64,000 nt of DNA from Octopus sinensis (Eukaryota), in the NCBI RefSeq assembly GCF_006345805.1, contig NC_043003.1:93310001-93374000 (forward strand). The letters run 5' to 3'. A program made the position numbers and the translations under genes. The notes under the pieces are model-generated. The model did not search any database, had not been told where the DNA came from, and saw nothing but the letters and a program-made list of their open reading frames with translations. Below are positions 11,320-25,300 of the stretch, in pieces (positions within the stretch are counted from its first letter, which is position 1; each line of letters begins with the position of its first letter).

Positions 11320-11871
11320 TCTAGAAAGCTGTAATGCAAAAAAGTTGTTTGATTTCTTGGTTATTTGTCTCATTTTGGGATGTGAACGGTTTAAGGGGTG
11401 GTAGATGAGGTTGGATTGGCGCCAAAATTTACACTGGGGTGGGGGGTAATGGTGTGAGGAGGGCTGCAAGTTGCTTGGGGCTATCGTTTGGTTGCCATGG
11501 TGAGAAAAATTGAGTTTTATGGGATAGACAGGTTGCGCTGTTTGAATAATGGTGGCTTTTCGTGTTGCTGCAGGGGCTAGAGGCGGTTATCTTTAATTGT
11601 GGGTGTAAAAATTTGAGGGATTTTGGAAAGGGGTGGGGTGCATCAGCTATGGTGATGATGAGAAGGAGAAAAGAAAGAGTAGAAGAAGAGAAAGAAAAAA
11701 AAAGACGATAAAGACGAAGAAAAAGTAAAAAAATATGAAAAAGTAAAAGAAGAGGGCAATAAAAAGAACCAGGCAAAGAAGATGAACAAAAGAAGAAAGG
11801 GAAAAGGAGACAACATGCACAAAACAACACTACCACCAAAACCCGAGCGAAGCACGGGTCAAAATAGCTAG
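11320..11871 (+). mobile_element. Non-autonomous Helitron-like element (3' end supported, 5' end tentative)
   Basis: Hairpin ACCCG-AGCGAAGCA-CGGGT (11841-11859) followed by CTAG|T (11868-11872); possible A|TC start at 11319-11321. Confidence 0.5.
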
Positions 11872-12235
11872 TTACTTATAAAGTGAAAAAGGAAAGAGCA
11901 CAGCGCCCAGGAATCTTAGAAACAATTTTTCAAAACCTAGAATAAACTACCTGCATCAGTTGTCAGTACACTGCATCATTCATTCATAAAAAATTCTTTG
12001 CTTCCTGAAATTCAACACCACTACTCGTGATGTACTTTTGCATTCTTTTTCTCTTTATGGCTCTTTTACTATAATTTTTTTTGTCTTTTTTTTCTGTATA
12101 CTATGCATGTACTTTTGGCTGTCATTGCTGTCTTTCTTTGCTTGACCTATTATTACTATCAATCCCCCTTTACCCTCCTCTGACAATTTGTAGTGCACCT
12201 GTGCATTGTATCCATTAAGCTTATTATTATTATTG

Positions 12236-13080
12236 TTAAGGCAGCAAGCTGGCAGAATCATTAGCACGCTGGACAGAATGCTTAGCGGTATTTCGCCCAT
12301 CGCTACAGTCTGAGTTCAAATTCCACTGAGGTCAACTTTACCTTTCTTCTTTTCGGGGTCGATATATTAAGTATCAGTGAAACACTGGAGTCGATATAAT
12401 CAACTAGTCTCCTCCCTACCAAATTTCAGGCCTTGTGCCTTCAGTAGAAAGGATTATTATTATTATGAGGGCAGTGAGCTGGCAGAATTGTTAACATGCT
12501 GGATGAAATACTTAGCGGTATTTTGCTCTCGCTACATTCTGAGTTCAAATTCTGCCGAGGTTGACTTTGCCTTTCATCCTTTTGGGGTCGATAAATTAAG
12601 TATCACTGAAACACTGGGGTCAATGTAATCAACTAGTCCCCTCCCCACAAATTTAGTAGAAAGGATTATTATTATTATTATTATTATTAATCATTAGCAA
12701 ATTGGACAAAATACTCAGCAGCTTTTTTTCCAGCTGTTTATGTTCTGAGTTTAAATCCTGCTGAAGTCAGCTTTGCTTTTATTTTTTGAGGGTTGATAAA
12801 ATAAAGCGCAAGATGTGCACTGGGATTGATGTGATCTACTTAACCCCAACACCAAAATTTGAGGCTTTGTTCTTGACAGAATCATTAGCATGACAGGCAA
12901 AATGCTAAGTGACATTTCATTCATCTTAATGTTCTGCGTTCAAATTCCACCGAGGTCAATTTTGCCTTTCATCCTTTCAAGGTTGATAAAATAAGTACCA
13001 GTTGAGCATTGAGGTTGATGTAATCAACTTATTCCTGCCCACAGAATTGCTGGCCTTGTACCAAAATTTGAAATCATTAT
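12236..13080 (+). mobile_element. Head-to-tail cluster of ~4 family B SINEs
   Basis: Repeated CTGGCAGAAT..GTTCAAATTC..CCTTTCATCC..GGGGTCGAT units separated by (ATT)n tails. Confidence 0.8.
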
Positions 13081-13194
13081 TATTATCATTAAGTACTGGG
13101 GTTGGTTTGTTTGCCTAAAAATTTCAAGGTAGTGCTCTAGCATGGTTGCAGTCAAGTGTCTGAGACAAGTAAAAGATAAAACAAAATATATATG

Positions 13195-13356
13195 TACCAT
13201 ATTTTAACGTGTATAAGGAGTCCCCTAATTTTGGGGGCTTAGAATTTGGAAAAAAAGTTTTGTGACTATAATACTATCCATGTATGAGAAACTCCCATAT
13301 TTTCTTAACCTAATTTTTGACAGAAAAGGGTTCTTTATACCTGTTAAAATATGGCA
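13195..13356. mobile_element. ~160-bp MITE (Tc2-like TIR), copy 1
   Basis: TIRs TACCATATTTTAACGTGTATAAGGA and TCTTTATACCTGTTAAAATATGGCA; homologous copy at 26973-27133. Confidence 0.7.
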
Positions 13357-13462
13357 TATAGTATTTGATTTTAATTAATGTCATTTAATATAAATATTAA
13401 TTGCTGGTTTTGTTTCTGTTCCTTTCAAGATTTTTTGTGATATATTTTAACTACAAACAAAA

Positions 13463-13577
13463 ATGCGACGCTTGAACATTGTTAATAGGAAGCAAACTTT
13501 AAAAGTTGTTAAAGAACTTGATGCTTTCCCCAAAGTTCCTGAGAATTACAAAGAAACCACTGCCACTGGTGGTGGAG
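13463..13577 (+). CDS. ERGIC2: ERGIC2 coding exon 1 ([38 protein letters not shown])
   Basis: ATG at 13463 in AAACAAAAATG context; donor G|GTATGT at 13578; an acceptor (ctttcaag|) places the exon start at 13430, which implies an upstream non-coding exon. Confidence 0.95.
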
Positions 13578-14201
13578 GTATGTATATTATTTTTTTTCAT
13601 GATTGGGGTCCACCACATTTAGGTGGCATATATACTTCGTGATATATATTTGAGGCTTTGTTCTTGATGCTTAAGAGGAGGGACTCTTAAAGTCAAAACT
13701 ACCATAATAAACACATTGTACCGTACATGAGGGAATGCAACTCTCGAAGCAAGCCTTTTAAAAACATATGTTGTTAGCCAGCAGGAGGAGATGTCTTCCT
13801 GGGGCTATAAACAACAGTAGCATCGTCCCTTATGGGTCTGCCACATTTAAGTGTCAAATATACTTCACGATTATGTGCTGCTACTGTTTGTGTCTTGCTC
13901 AGAGATTTATTATTGCTTGTTTCTCCAATTTTGAGATCAGCAACAGTTTATCACTGGGAAAAGCATATGGTATTTCATGTTTTGAATGAGGCGCAGGGTG
14001 ATGACAGGTTACTACTCAGAAACCCGGATCTGTGTGTATCATGTAAGGCTGGAGATGGGAACAATGATTTCCCTTCGCAAATACTAATCGGACACAGACA
14101 GTGTGTTGTTAACCAGCTAGAGGTGATATCATCCTGGGGCTATAAACAACAGTAGCATCATCCCCTATGGGTCTGCCACATTTAAATGGCAAATGTACTT
14201 C

Positions 14202-14243
<42 letters not shown>

Positions 14244-17200
14244 CAATTTAAAAATAGGATAAAATCTTTATAAGAATTTATCAAGTAGTTAGTGTGAAAA
14301 ACCTCATAAGGGAAAAATTTATTAATTATTCCCTTTAAATATGTTTATTTATATTAAGGGCATTACTATACATAAATGCCTCACACTAGGAGGGACTCTT
14401 AAAGCCAAAACTACCATAATAAATACATTGTACCGAATGTGAGGGAAAGCAACTCATGAAGTAAGCTTTTTAAAAACAGATTCAGCTGCAGATCATATGA
14501 TTTCTTAATTAGTGCACAAAATGCACTTTTTAATCGTCAGTGCATGCATAATCAAGACACAAAAATGAACAAAAAAATCAACATACCAGACGAACACCAA
14601 ATGTAACCAGCATAGTACATAGAATTGTTCACACTTATATATCTGTTCATCTGGTATGTTGATTTTTTTGTTCATTTTTATGTGTCTTGATTATGCCTGC
14701 ATTGACGATTAAAAAGTGCATTTTGTGCACTAATTATGAAATCATGATCTGCAGCTGAATCTGTTTTTAAAAGGCTCACTTTGAGAGTTGCATTCCCTTG
14801 CGTTCAGTACAATGTGTTTATTATGGTAGTTTTGACTTTAAGAGTCCCTCCTAACTCGAGGAATATATGTATAGTAATGCCCTTAATATATACACATTAT
14901 ATATATGATGGACTCTCCTGTTGAAGTCAACATATGAGTGTTCAGCCTTTGCTGAACAACCTGCACAAATGATTTGTTTATAGTGATAAAATGTATGTGT
15001 TGTACATTAGCTCACTATCCCCATCAAATGGACGTTGACTGAACAGGTGCATGGTGTAACATGCTTCAAGAGTTGAAGTGATCGTAGAGCAGTGTGAGAT
15101 GAAGAGTTTTGTTCAAGAACACAATGTACCACCCAGTCTACGAATTGAAACTGTGATCTCACAATCATGAGTGCAACACCCTAACCACTAGACCATATAT
15201 ATATTAACCTTTAGCATTTAAACTAGCCATATCTGGCTCAAATATTCTATCTGTTTTATATTAAAACTAGCCAGATTCAGACTCTCACACCTACCCTACA
15301 ATGTCGTTCTAAAAATAAACTATCACATCAAAATCTTGCTGCTGCAAGATAAAGCATAATTAATTTAAAACATTATGAATAAATAAGCATTACATTTGAT
15401 AGAGTAAATTGAATGCTGAAGAGTTAAACTATATGAAAGTTGAACTTTCACATTTAACATTGATCTGAAAGGTTGTTTAGTGTTTTGGTTACATATATAG
15501 AAGTACATCTCAGAGAGAAAGATATGAAATTCCATATAGAACTAGGTTGGAGCTCTGACTACCTGAAAACATTATGGCATAGAGAAAACCAAGCAACTCA
15601 GGTGTGATAGAAGGTGCAGATGAGGGCAGCTGCATCAAACTCTCTCATGCACCAAATATCAATTGCTAAAAAGCATTCGTGAAGTAAAATCATGTAGCAA
15701 CACCGAATGGTGGTGCCCCAGCATGGCCACAGCTCTATTTGATTGTTGAGATACAACACTAATAAAACAGGTAGACTATTTGGGCCAGATATAACCAGTT
15801 TAATTGGTAAAAATGTTAAGTATATTATGTATAGTAACTATCATCTTTATTATATATATTAACTGCTATTAACTACTCTTCCAACTACAATTTTATAGTT
15901 ACTAAGTATAGTAACTGCTGTCTTTTACTAAGTCTATTTACTTATATGAAATGCTTACCCTATTATAACTGATGATGATTTTAATAAACAACTGTTGTTT
16001 TTATTAAGTATATATTAACTACCACCACAAAGACAAAAAAGGACTCCAAATTTGCCATCAAGATGTAGGACAAGATACTGCAATAGCCTGGGCTTCAGAA
16101 GTCCACAGCTCTTCAATATCCTCCCGAAGGACCTGAGATGGGGTGGATGCAGAGGTCTTTAAAATAAAGCTGGACCTTTTCCTGTCAGGTGTCCCAGATG
16201 AACCAACTTCACAGCAGGAGGTGCAGATGAGGGCAGCTGCATCAAACTCTCTCATGCACCAAATGTCATTTGCTAAAAAGCATTTGTGAAGTAAAATCAT
16301 GTAGCAACACCGAATGGCAGTGCCCCAGCATGGCCACAGCTTGTGAGCTGAAACTAGATGAAATGAAAAAATGAAAATGAACCCTATAGTTACTGCTGTC
16401 TTTATGATTTAACTACTGCTATAATGACAGCAGGTTCCCAGCCATAGTTAGTGCTGTTTTTAGTAAATATATTATGGACAACATCTGTTATGCATAAGAC
16501 TAAATAGTTTTATTGAATATACACATTTCTTCAAAATTTTAATTTTCTAAGACATTGTTGGAAACACAGTTGCATTAACATCATTATGTATTTGACTACA
16601 GTTTTGCAGAGGACAATTTTGGGTAAATTTGGAGTTAGATGATTCAAATTAACCTAATTTTATAATCAGTGCATTTATCTAATAAACTAGCTCAGGGTGA
16701 ATGTTATGAGTCATTGGATCATAGAGATACCATTGGAAGGACTGATCAAGTGATACTTTGATTGCAGATCTGTACTGCAAGCTAACTAAACCTTTGTTAT
16801 ATAGAGCCTTTACTGTCCACAGCATTCATATACATTTGTTCCATAATGCCTAATTAAGAGCTTGATAGATAAGGATTTGGTTGAAACTAAGATCTGGCAA
16901 TCTGGGATACTCTCAGTAAGGCCTACTGTAATCCTTAATAAAATAGTTCTATTACATTTTACACATGGAATTACCTAGGAAGGTAAAACAACTTCTTTGC
17001 ATGTTTTCCATTTGTATCACAGTTTTTAGAATAAGTACACACTCTTGCAAACTTACCCACCTGCTCTAGCTGATCCTCTGTCCCTTTTCCCTCTTATATT
17101 CACCTTCTTGTATCTTGAGGGTAACCCTGGCACTTTGTCACCTGGTTACCACCACCTTTTTCTCTCCTTCCACCTGCAACAGTCATGTACCTTTTCTATG

Positions 17201-20200
17201 ATAAGATACCTGTTCCTGCCCATCTATCATACATTAGTCTCTGAACAGCTGGCATAAAGCCTCTTTCCTTTCTACTACACAATCCACTCAGTTAGGAGGT
17301 GGGGACTTGTCTTGCAAGTTACTTGGTGGCCTCACACATACCAATACTGCAAAAAGAGTACCCAGTACATACTGTAAAGTGGTTGGCATTAGGGAGGACA
17401 TCCAGCTGTAGAAACCATGCCCAAGCAGACATTGGAGCTTGATACAGCCCTTTGATTTGCTACATCCAGTCAAACCATCCAACCCATTCCAGTGTGGAAT
17501 ATAGATGTTAATTGATGACAATGACACTGTATCCCTGTATAATTACTAAAAGAGTAGGCCTCAAAAAGCTCTGTCTAACCCATAATGATATTAATGATAA
17601 TATATTATACTATTGATTCCTTATGACCATATATAGAGTCATTTGGATGTATTGGAGATATAGTTAATTGAATCATCCTTAGTATATTACTAGTACTTCG
17701 TTTTTATCTTAGAAGCAAATATCAAGTGTATATGATGTTGCTCTGAAAGGTCTTCATTTCAAATCCTCTTTAAGGTATTTCCTTGTGTTTGTGAAGTTAA
17801 ATCTACAAGTTTTAGTTCCTGTTATACATCATGAATTGTACTACAGGTTCTTTAAGAAATGTCCAAAGTAAATTATGATCTATGCCACACAGATTTCTTT
17901 CTCAACTGTGTAAAGTCATGAACTTAAATTTAAGCTGTAATCATTTAGAACTCCTGTAGATTATATAACTACAGGTGCAGCAGGCATGGCCCTATGGTTA
18001 AAAAGTCTGCTTCCCAGATACATTGTTCAGTCCTACTGCATGGCACTTATGGCAAGTGCCTTCTATTATTGTCCTGGGCCAATCAAAACCTTGTGAGTAG
18101 ATTTGGTACAAGGAAGTGAAAAAAGCTCATCATATAATATATGTGTATGTGTGTGTATTGACTCACATGACTTATAATTTCTCTTCCTCTGTGTAAAATG
18201 GTGTAATTGTTTTTTCATTTTGTAATTGTTTTCTCTTTCTTGTAGTATCCATCATTACATTTATCATCATCATCATCCTCACTATATCTGAAATCAGATA
18301 TTACGCAGAGTCAGAACTTGAGTTTGACTATATGGTGGATTCCAGTGTAGATGGGTAAGTAATTGCTGTCTTTATTGGAACTCTTGAGCCCTTTATATCT
18401 TCACTTAGTTAAGTGCTTATTTTTTTTTTTGCTTTTGCTGGGTCTGGAGGAAGGGGCAGTGTTTATGACCTTTGCAGACTCACCAAGTCTGGTAAGACTG
18501 ATGCCATTCATAGTTTTTCTAAACTGTTGCAACTCACTACCTCCTAGAAAGAGATGAACAGAGGTGATTCCAGAGGGGTGACATTCTGGGCATGTAGGAT
18601 GGGAATTGTAGTTAGTGCAGAGCGTGTGAGATTGGACACACAAGAGTGACAAGAGGTAGAGAGACAGGTGGGGAAGGTATATGACTAACCAGTTTCAAGG
18701 AACAGAAGCCATTGTAGTAGCAATAAAAAAACCAGAAAGAGGCTGAAACAAACCTGTGTGTGTTTTAAGGCACTTTCAACAGATTGACATTAGCAGCATC
18801 AGTGGCATTGTCTCAGATGTGGAAACATACCCTATTGCAGACTTCATTTGCAGACTTGTAAGTACTGGTACCATGTAAAAAGCACCCAGTACACTCTGTG
18901 GAGTGGTTGGCACTAGGAAGGGCATCCGGCCATAAGAACCATGCCAAAACAGACAAGAAGCCTGAACAGCCCTTCAGCTGGTCAGCTCCTGTTAACTCCA
19001 ACCCATGCCAGATGGAAAACGAATGTTAAGTGATGATGATGATTTTAGCTTTGTAGAGTGTCAATTGTTGGAGGCTGAAATATTTTCTGACCCTGAAGAG
19101 AAGATCCAGTTTTTGGGTTGTAGTCCTAGCTGTGCTACTGATGTGTCTTGTTTGTTTGAAGCAAATGGAATTATTTCTGCACTTGGCATGTGTATGTGAG
19201 ATAGGGAGCCCATTAGTGTGAAAGGGGATAAATTTAGAGGAGATTGTTGGAGAGTGCATAGTATGGATTTGGATGTGAAATGGAACCGTAAAGGGGGATA
19301 CTTTCTCACCAAGTGAAGCCATCATTTAGAAGATGAGGTAAAAAGAGACAGCAAAGTTGATGGAGATTTAAGGACTGCTACATTTTGGATGGTGGGAAAA
19401 CTTGAGAGCTGTGTGAAGGTATCCTTTTCTGACTGAATAATAGTCTTATAAGAGTTGTGCTGCTGGATGATTACCAACCCCAATTTTGGAGAGTGGGTAG
19501 AGTTCTTCAGGTATATAAGCCTTGTTTTTTGCCATGAAAGCCACAACACAGCTATAAGTGTGTAAGATGTGGAGGAACATGTCTTAAAGATGGCTTCAGT
19601 CACTTCCTTAGCAGATTATAGTGTCAAGAGTGAAGTATGAGTGTTGCTTTCAGTGAAAGTTGATATAAAACAGGCTGAACTCTGACCAGTCTGCTGATTT
19701 GAAGTGCCATAGGGTCTTGTAGGAATAGGGTGCCATGTGGCATGTGATTTTGTGTTGGTTAGTTACAATTAGGCAATAGTTAGATGATCTGATAGATGCA
19801 GAGATAGTTATAGTTTGGAAGAGGTTAGATTTTGCAACAAGAAATAGATCAAGTGTTTCGGGTGTCTGTGTGACAGTCTGGAATATGAGTAAGAGATGAA
19901 ACAAGTTGGTTGAAAAAGTTGAGAATTGCAGTAACAGATAGATGAATAGAAAAAATCCTCAAATGAACTGATGAATTTAGGAAAGGTGACACTGATGGGT
20001 TTTAAATTAAGTATAACACTATTGCTCAAAGTTAATGAAACAAAGACCCAATTAACCTTCACAAGTCACTGGGTCATTGTCTTCATATAATCTGTCTGTA
20101 GCAAATTATCATGGCGAAGCTCAAGTCGCTCCAAGGTAATGAGGGCTGCCACAAGTTGCCGATAAGGGCTAGTTTAACCCACAAGTTTCCACAAGTTGCC

Positions 20201-21504
20201 GATAAGACATTGTTTAACCAAATATTAAATGTGTGTCACAGATTTGGTTTGTTGGAAACTTAACACTTAATTGAATGCAAAACAACATGTTCTGTGATAC
20301 TTGATAGGTCATTATTCTGTCACCATTAAAATATTCTGTTTTCATAATGTGTCATCATACCATAAACTAGGCTCTTGTTTACCATTGGAAATTACACAGA
20401 CAAGGAATAAATGAAGTGAAGTAGGTTAGTCATGACCTACCGATGTTCAAATGGGATATAAATCACATCAACCTTATTGTTAAATGTTTTGCATATATCA
20501 GTTACAGACTTTCTGTCTGATAAAACCATAAAACTACCCCAGCAACTCATAGACTTAGCTCAGAACCTTACTCTAAGTGTTTTTACAAAACAGTGGTTAA
20601 TTTAGCTTAACAGATTGTCTGATCTTGCCACTTTTATTCCTCCTTGAATTGTTTGTTAGGTATGTGACTGATTAAAAGATGAACTGATGAAATAATCTAT
20701 CTCTAAAAAGATATTTATGTTACCCATGTTACCTGGCATCAAATGTAACACAGAAACACTATAAAACCTGTGAAGTATCTTCTGGAAGCCATCACCCTTA
20801 CCAATCTCATTTCTCTCAATAAGTTTTCCATGGTCTATTTCTGCTTTGGTTTTGACCATTATTTCTTATGTATTTGAACAACAATTTTCTATCAATTATT
20901 TATTACTGACTAAATTTGATATTTTTAAAATTAATTTTGTTTCTGTTCTTTTTTTTCTTTTTCCTTCTCCAGCACTCTCCAAATTAATGTTGATATTACA
21001 GTGGCAATGAGATGTCCAAGTAAGTATATGACCACAAATATAGTAATGTTGTGAGTCTTTGTTCACTTGTTCCATTTGTTTTAATAAATAGTTAATAGGG
21101 GACATTGATGTGTGGTGAAGAAGTTCATTTTGTAGTCATCTAATTCAACTTCACATTCAGATATTGGTGACCATATAGTTAATCCTTATTGTCAAAATTT
21201 ATCTATAAGTTTCCCTTACCATACGTTTCTACTTTACTCCAACATGTCAGGCAAAATACTTAGTGACATTTCATCTGCCTTTATGTTCTGTGTTCAAATG
21301 CCACCAATGTCAGCTTTGCCTTTTATCCTGGTCTTGTGACAAAATTTGAAGCTGTTACTTAATAGGCACAAGTGTGGACATGTGTTAAAAAGTTCCAGGT
21401 TCAGTCCCACTGTGGTACTTTGGGCAAGAATATTCTACTATGACCTTGGGCCAACCAAAGCCTTGTGAGTGGATTTGGTAGATGGAACCTGAAAGAAGCC
21501 CATC

Positions 21505-21536
<32 letters not shown>

Positions 21537-22062
21537 TTATCCCCCATCACTGCTTGACAACCAGTGTTGGTGTGTTTATGTCTCCATAACTTAGCAGTTC
21601 ATCAAAAGAGACTGGTAGAATAAGTACCTGGCTTTACAAAAAAAAATAAGCACTGGGATCGATAAATTTGACCAAAATTCTTCAAGGCGGTGCCTTAGCA
21701 TGGCTGCAGTCTAATGACAGAAACAAGTAAAAGAGAAAAAGATAGATTTTATTCATGTTGCCAACACTTGCACAGTTAGACAAACCATTTTCATTTTGCT
21801 TGAGTGTATGTATACTCTAAATAGTTTTATGTTGCTTGTAATCAGGAAAATGAACAAACCCTTCCTGATAAGGTTTTAAGACCTAAAACTAGTCAAACTG
21901 ATCTCTTTTGTTTTTCCAGTCACAAAGGGAAAACCCCTTGGTTTAATCAAGATTTCTACCTTTTCACAGAAAGGCTAAGTATTTGTTTACTAAACACATA
22001 CATGTAAATTTATCTTACCTTACATTTCTATTTATATATACACATACATACATACATACATA

Positions 22063-22097
<35 letters not shown>

Positions 22098-22253
22098 GCA
22101 GACGTGAGTATGTGGTAAGAAGGGTGTTTCCCAACCCATTTGGTTCCAGGTTCAGTTCCACTGTGTGGCACCTTGGGCGTCTTCTACTATAACCTCAGGC
22201 CAACCAAAGCCTTGTAAGACGATTTGGTAGATGGAAACTGAAAGAAGCCTGTT

Positions 22254-22301
<48 letters not shown>

Positions 22302-25300
22302 TTATGTATAAATATATGTATCTGTTTGTCCCACCACCATTGCTTGACAACTAATGTTGGTGTGTTTACGTCCTGATACCTTGAGAGCAATAGAATAAAT
22401 ACTAGGTTTACAGAGAATGAGTTCTGAGTTCAATTTGTTCGACTAAAGGCAGTGCTCCTGCATGGCCACAGTCAAATGACTGAAACAAGTAAAAGAATAA
22501 AAGAATATATATATGTGTGTGTGTGTGTGTGTATATATACTCTTTTTACTTTTTTACTTGTTTCAGTCATTCGACTGTGGCCATGCTGGAGCACCACTTT
22601 TAGTCCAGCAAATCGACCCCAGGACTTATTCTTTGTAAGCCTAGTACTTATTCTATCGGTCTCTTTTGCTGAACCACTAAGTTACGTAGTAAACACACCA
22701 GCATCAGTAACTCTTTTTGGGGTCGATAAATTAAGTACCAGTTGAACACTGGGGTTTATGTAATCGACAAATCTCCTCCCCCAAAATGGCTGCCCTTGTG
22801 GGAAAATTTGAAACCATTATTATTATTATTATTATTATTAAGGCAGTGAGCTGGCAGAATTGTTAGCACACTTAGTGAAATGTTTAATAGTATTTCATAT
22901 ATCACCATGTTCTGAGTTCAAATGCCGCCAGGGGTCAACTTTACCTTTCATCCTTTTGGGATTGATAAAATAAGTACCAGTTGAGTACTGGGGTCAATGT
23001 AATTGACTTACCCCCTCCTCCAAAATTTCAGGCCTTGTGACTATAGTAGAAAGGATTATTATTATTATAATTATTATTATTATAATTATTATTATTATTA
23101 TTATTAAAGGCAGCAAGCTGACATAATCATTAGAATGCCACGTGAAATGCTTAGCAGTATTTCACCTGTTGCTACGTTCTGAGTTCAAATGTTGCCGAGG
23201 CGTACTTTGCTTTTCATCTTTCCAGGGTCAATAAATTAAGTATCAGTTTTGCACTGGGGTCAATGTAATCAAATAACCCCCTCCCCCAAAATTTCTGGCC
23301 TTGTGCCTATAATTTAAAGGATTATTATTATTATTATTGTATTTTACTTTTCATTTTCTAGCTGTTGGAGCTGATTGTTTAGATATCACTGGCCAAGATG
23401 TTCAAGCTTTTGGTCAGTTACAGCAAGATGATGCTTACTTTGATCTCACTCCACAGCAGCAACACTACCATAATACACTTCAAGAATTTAACCAATATTT
23501 AAGAGAAGATTACCATGCTATCCAGGAAGTTTTGTGGCTCACATCTGGGATATCATCTCTCGCTGCTAACATGCCAGATCCGTATGTATTATTTATACAT
23601 TCTTTTTGTTGTTATTAGGGTTGTGGTCTGCTCAAGATAAATGTCATGTATTTGTGTCTTTTACATTATAATTTTAAATTCCATTAGTGTCAACTTTGCA
23701 TTTCATTTGTCAGAAAGTATTTAGATAAATACCAGTGAAATACTGCGGTTGATTTAATGTACTTCCCTCTCCCTTCCTTAAAATCAATGTTTTGTGCTGG
23801 ATTCATAATTCAGTATGTAGTTTATTTCCCAGGTTAACCTTGATTATGTAGAGAGAAAAAGCTGTCTATCAGATTCAGTGGCTCCTATTGATTTCTAATA
23901 AATCTTTATTTTCAGGTTTCTGTGTAAAACTTTTTTTATGAATCTTTAATTTTAGGTTGTTTCTGTGATAAGAATTTTGTTATTAGGTTGTCAAGAAAGT
24001 TCTTAAGGAATTTTTAACTTTGGTTTTAAATAATGTATTTTCAAATTAATTTTCATTAAATTACTTTGACTTTATTATCATTTTAAAGCCCATGTTTCGC
24101 TCTATCAATTCATGTTGCTCTTTTTCTTTTTGAATAATTAGACCATTTTTTCCGGAACGTTGAATACAAAATGGACAAAAAGCAAATTCACACTATTTTC
24201 TTATTCCAGTTCAAGCTAGGCCAAAATGCTGCTGAAACAGCTCACGATATCAATGATGCATTTGGCCCAGGAACCACTATTGAATGTACAGCACAATGGT
24301 GGTTCAAGAAATGTCACAGCGGTGATGGGAGTCTTGAAGATGACAAGAGTAGTGGTCAGCCATTATATGTTGACAATCCACACACAATTGTTCGAGAACT
24401 TTCTTCTGAATTAGACATAACGTATACGACAATTTCCAACCACTTGAAAGAGATTGGAAAAATAAAAATACTTGAGAAACAGGTGCCCCACGAATTGTAC
24501 GACAACCAAAGACAAATGCCGTTTTGAAGTGTCGTCTTCCTTTCTTTTATGCAACAAGAATGATACGTTTCTCAACTGGATTGTGACTTGCGATGAAAAG
24601 TGGTTTCTTTATGACAACCAGCGATGCTCAGCTCAGTGATTGGATGCTGACAAAGCTCCATGGCACTTCCTGAAGCCAAAGTTGCACCAAAAGAAGGTCA
24701 TGGTGACTGTTTGGTGGTCTGCGGCCGGTCTCATTAATCACAACTTTTTGGATGCAGGCGAAACCATTATGGCAGAAAAGTGCTGTCAATAAATGGATGA
24801 AATGCATAAGAAGCTCCGACAACAACAGCCAGCATTGGTCAATAGAAAAGGATCAATTCTTCTCCAGAACAACGCTTGGCTGCATGTTACACAACTGATC
24901 CTGCAGAAGTTGAACGAATTGGGCTATGAAACTCTGCCTCATTCGCCATACTCACCAGACCTCTCGCCTACCAACTACCACTTTTTCAAGCATCTCGACA
25001 ACTTCTTGTATGAGAAATGCTTCAAAACCCAAGACGATAACAAACACGCATTCAACAACTTCATCGCCACCAGAACACAGGATTTTTATGCTACTGGCAT
25101 AAATAAACTTGTTTTGCATTGGCAAAAGTATTTAGATTCTGATAGTGTTTATTTCGATTAATAAAGTTTTGTTTGAGCCGAGATATGTACATCTGAATTT
25201 AATGGTTAAAAACTGCAAGAACTTTCTTGACAACCTAATATAAATCTTTATTTTTAGGTTGTTATCATTATAAAAATTTTGTTATAGATCTTTATTTTTA

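Noticed and set aside
24171-25161. Active or domesticated SETMAR-like transposase
   Set aside because: Frameshift and in-frame stops, second catalytic Asp mutated (QNNAWLH), no SET domain.
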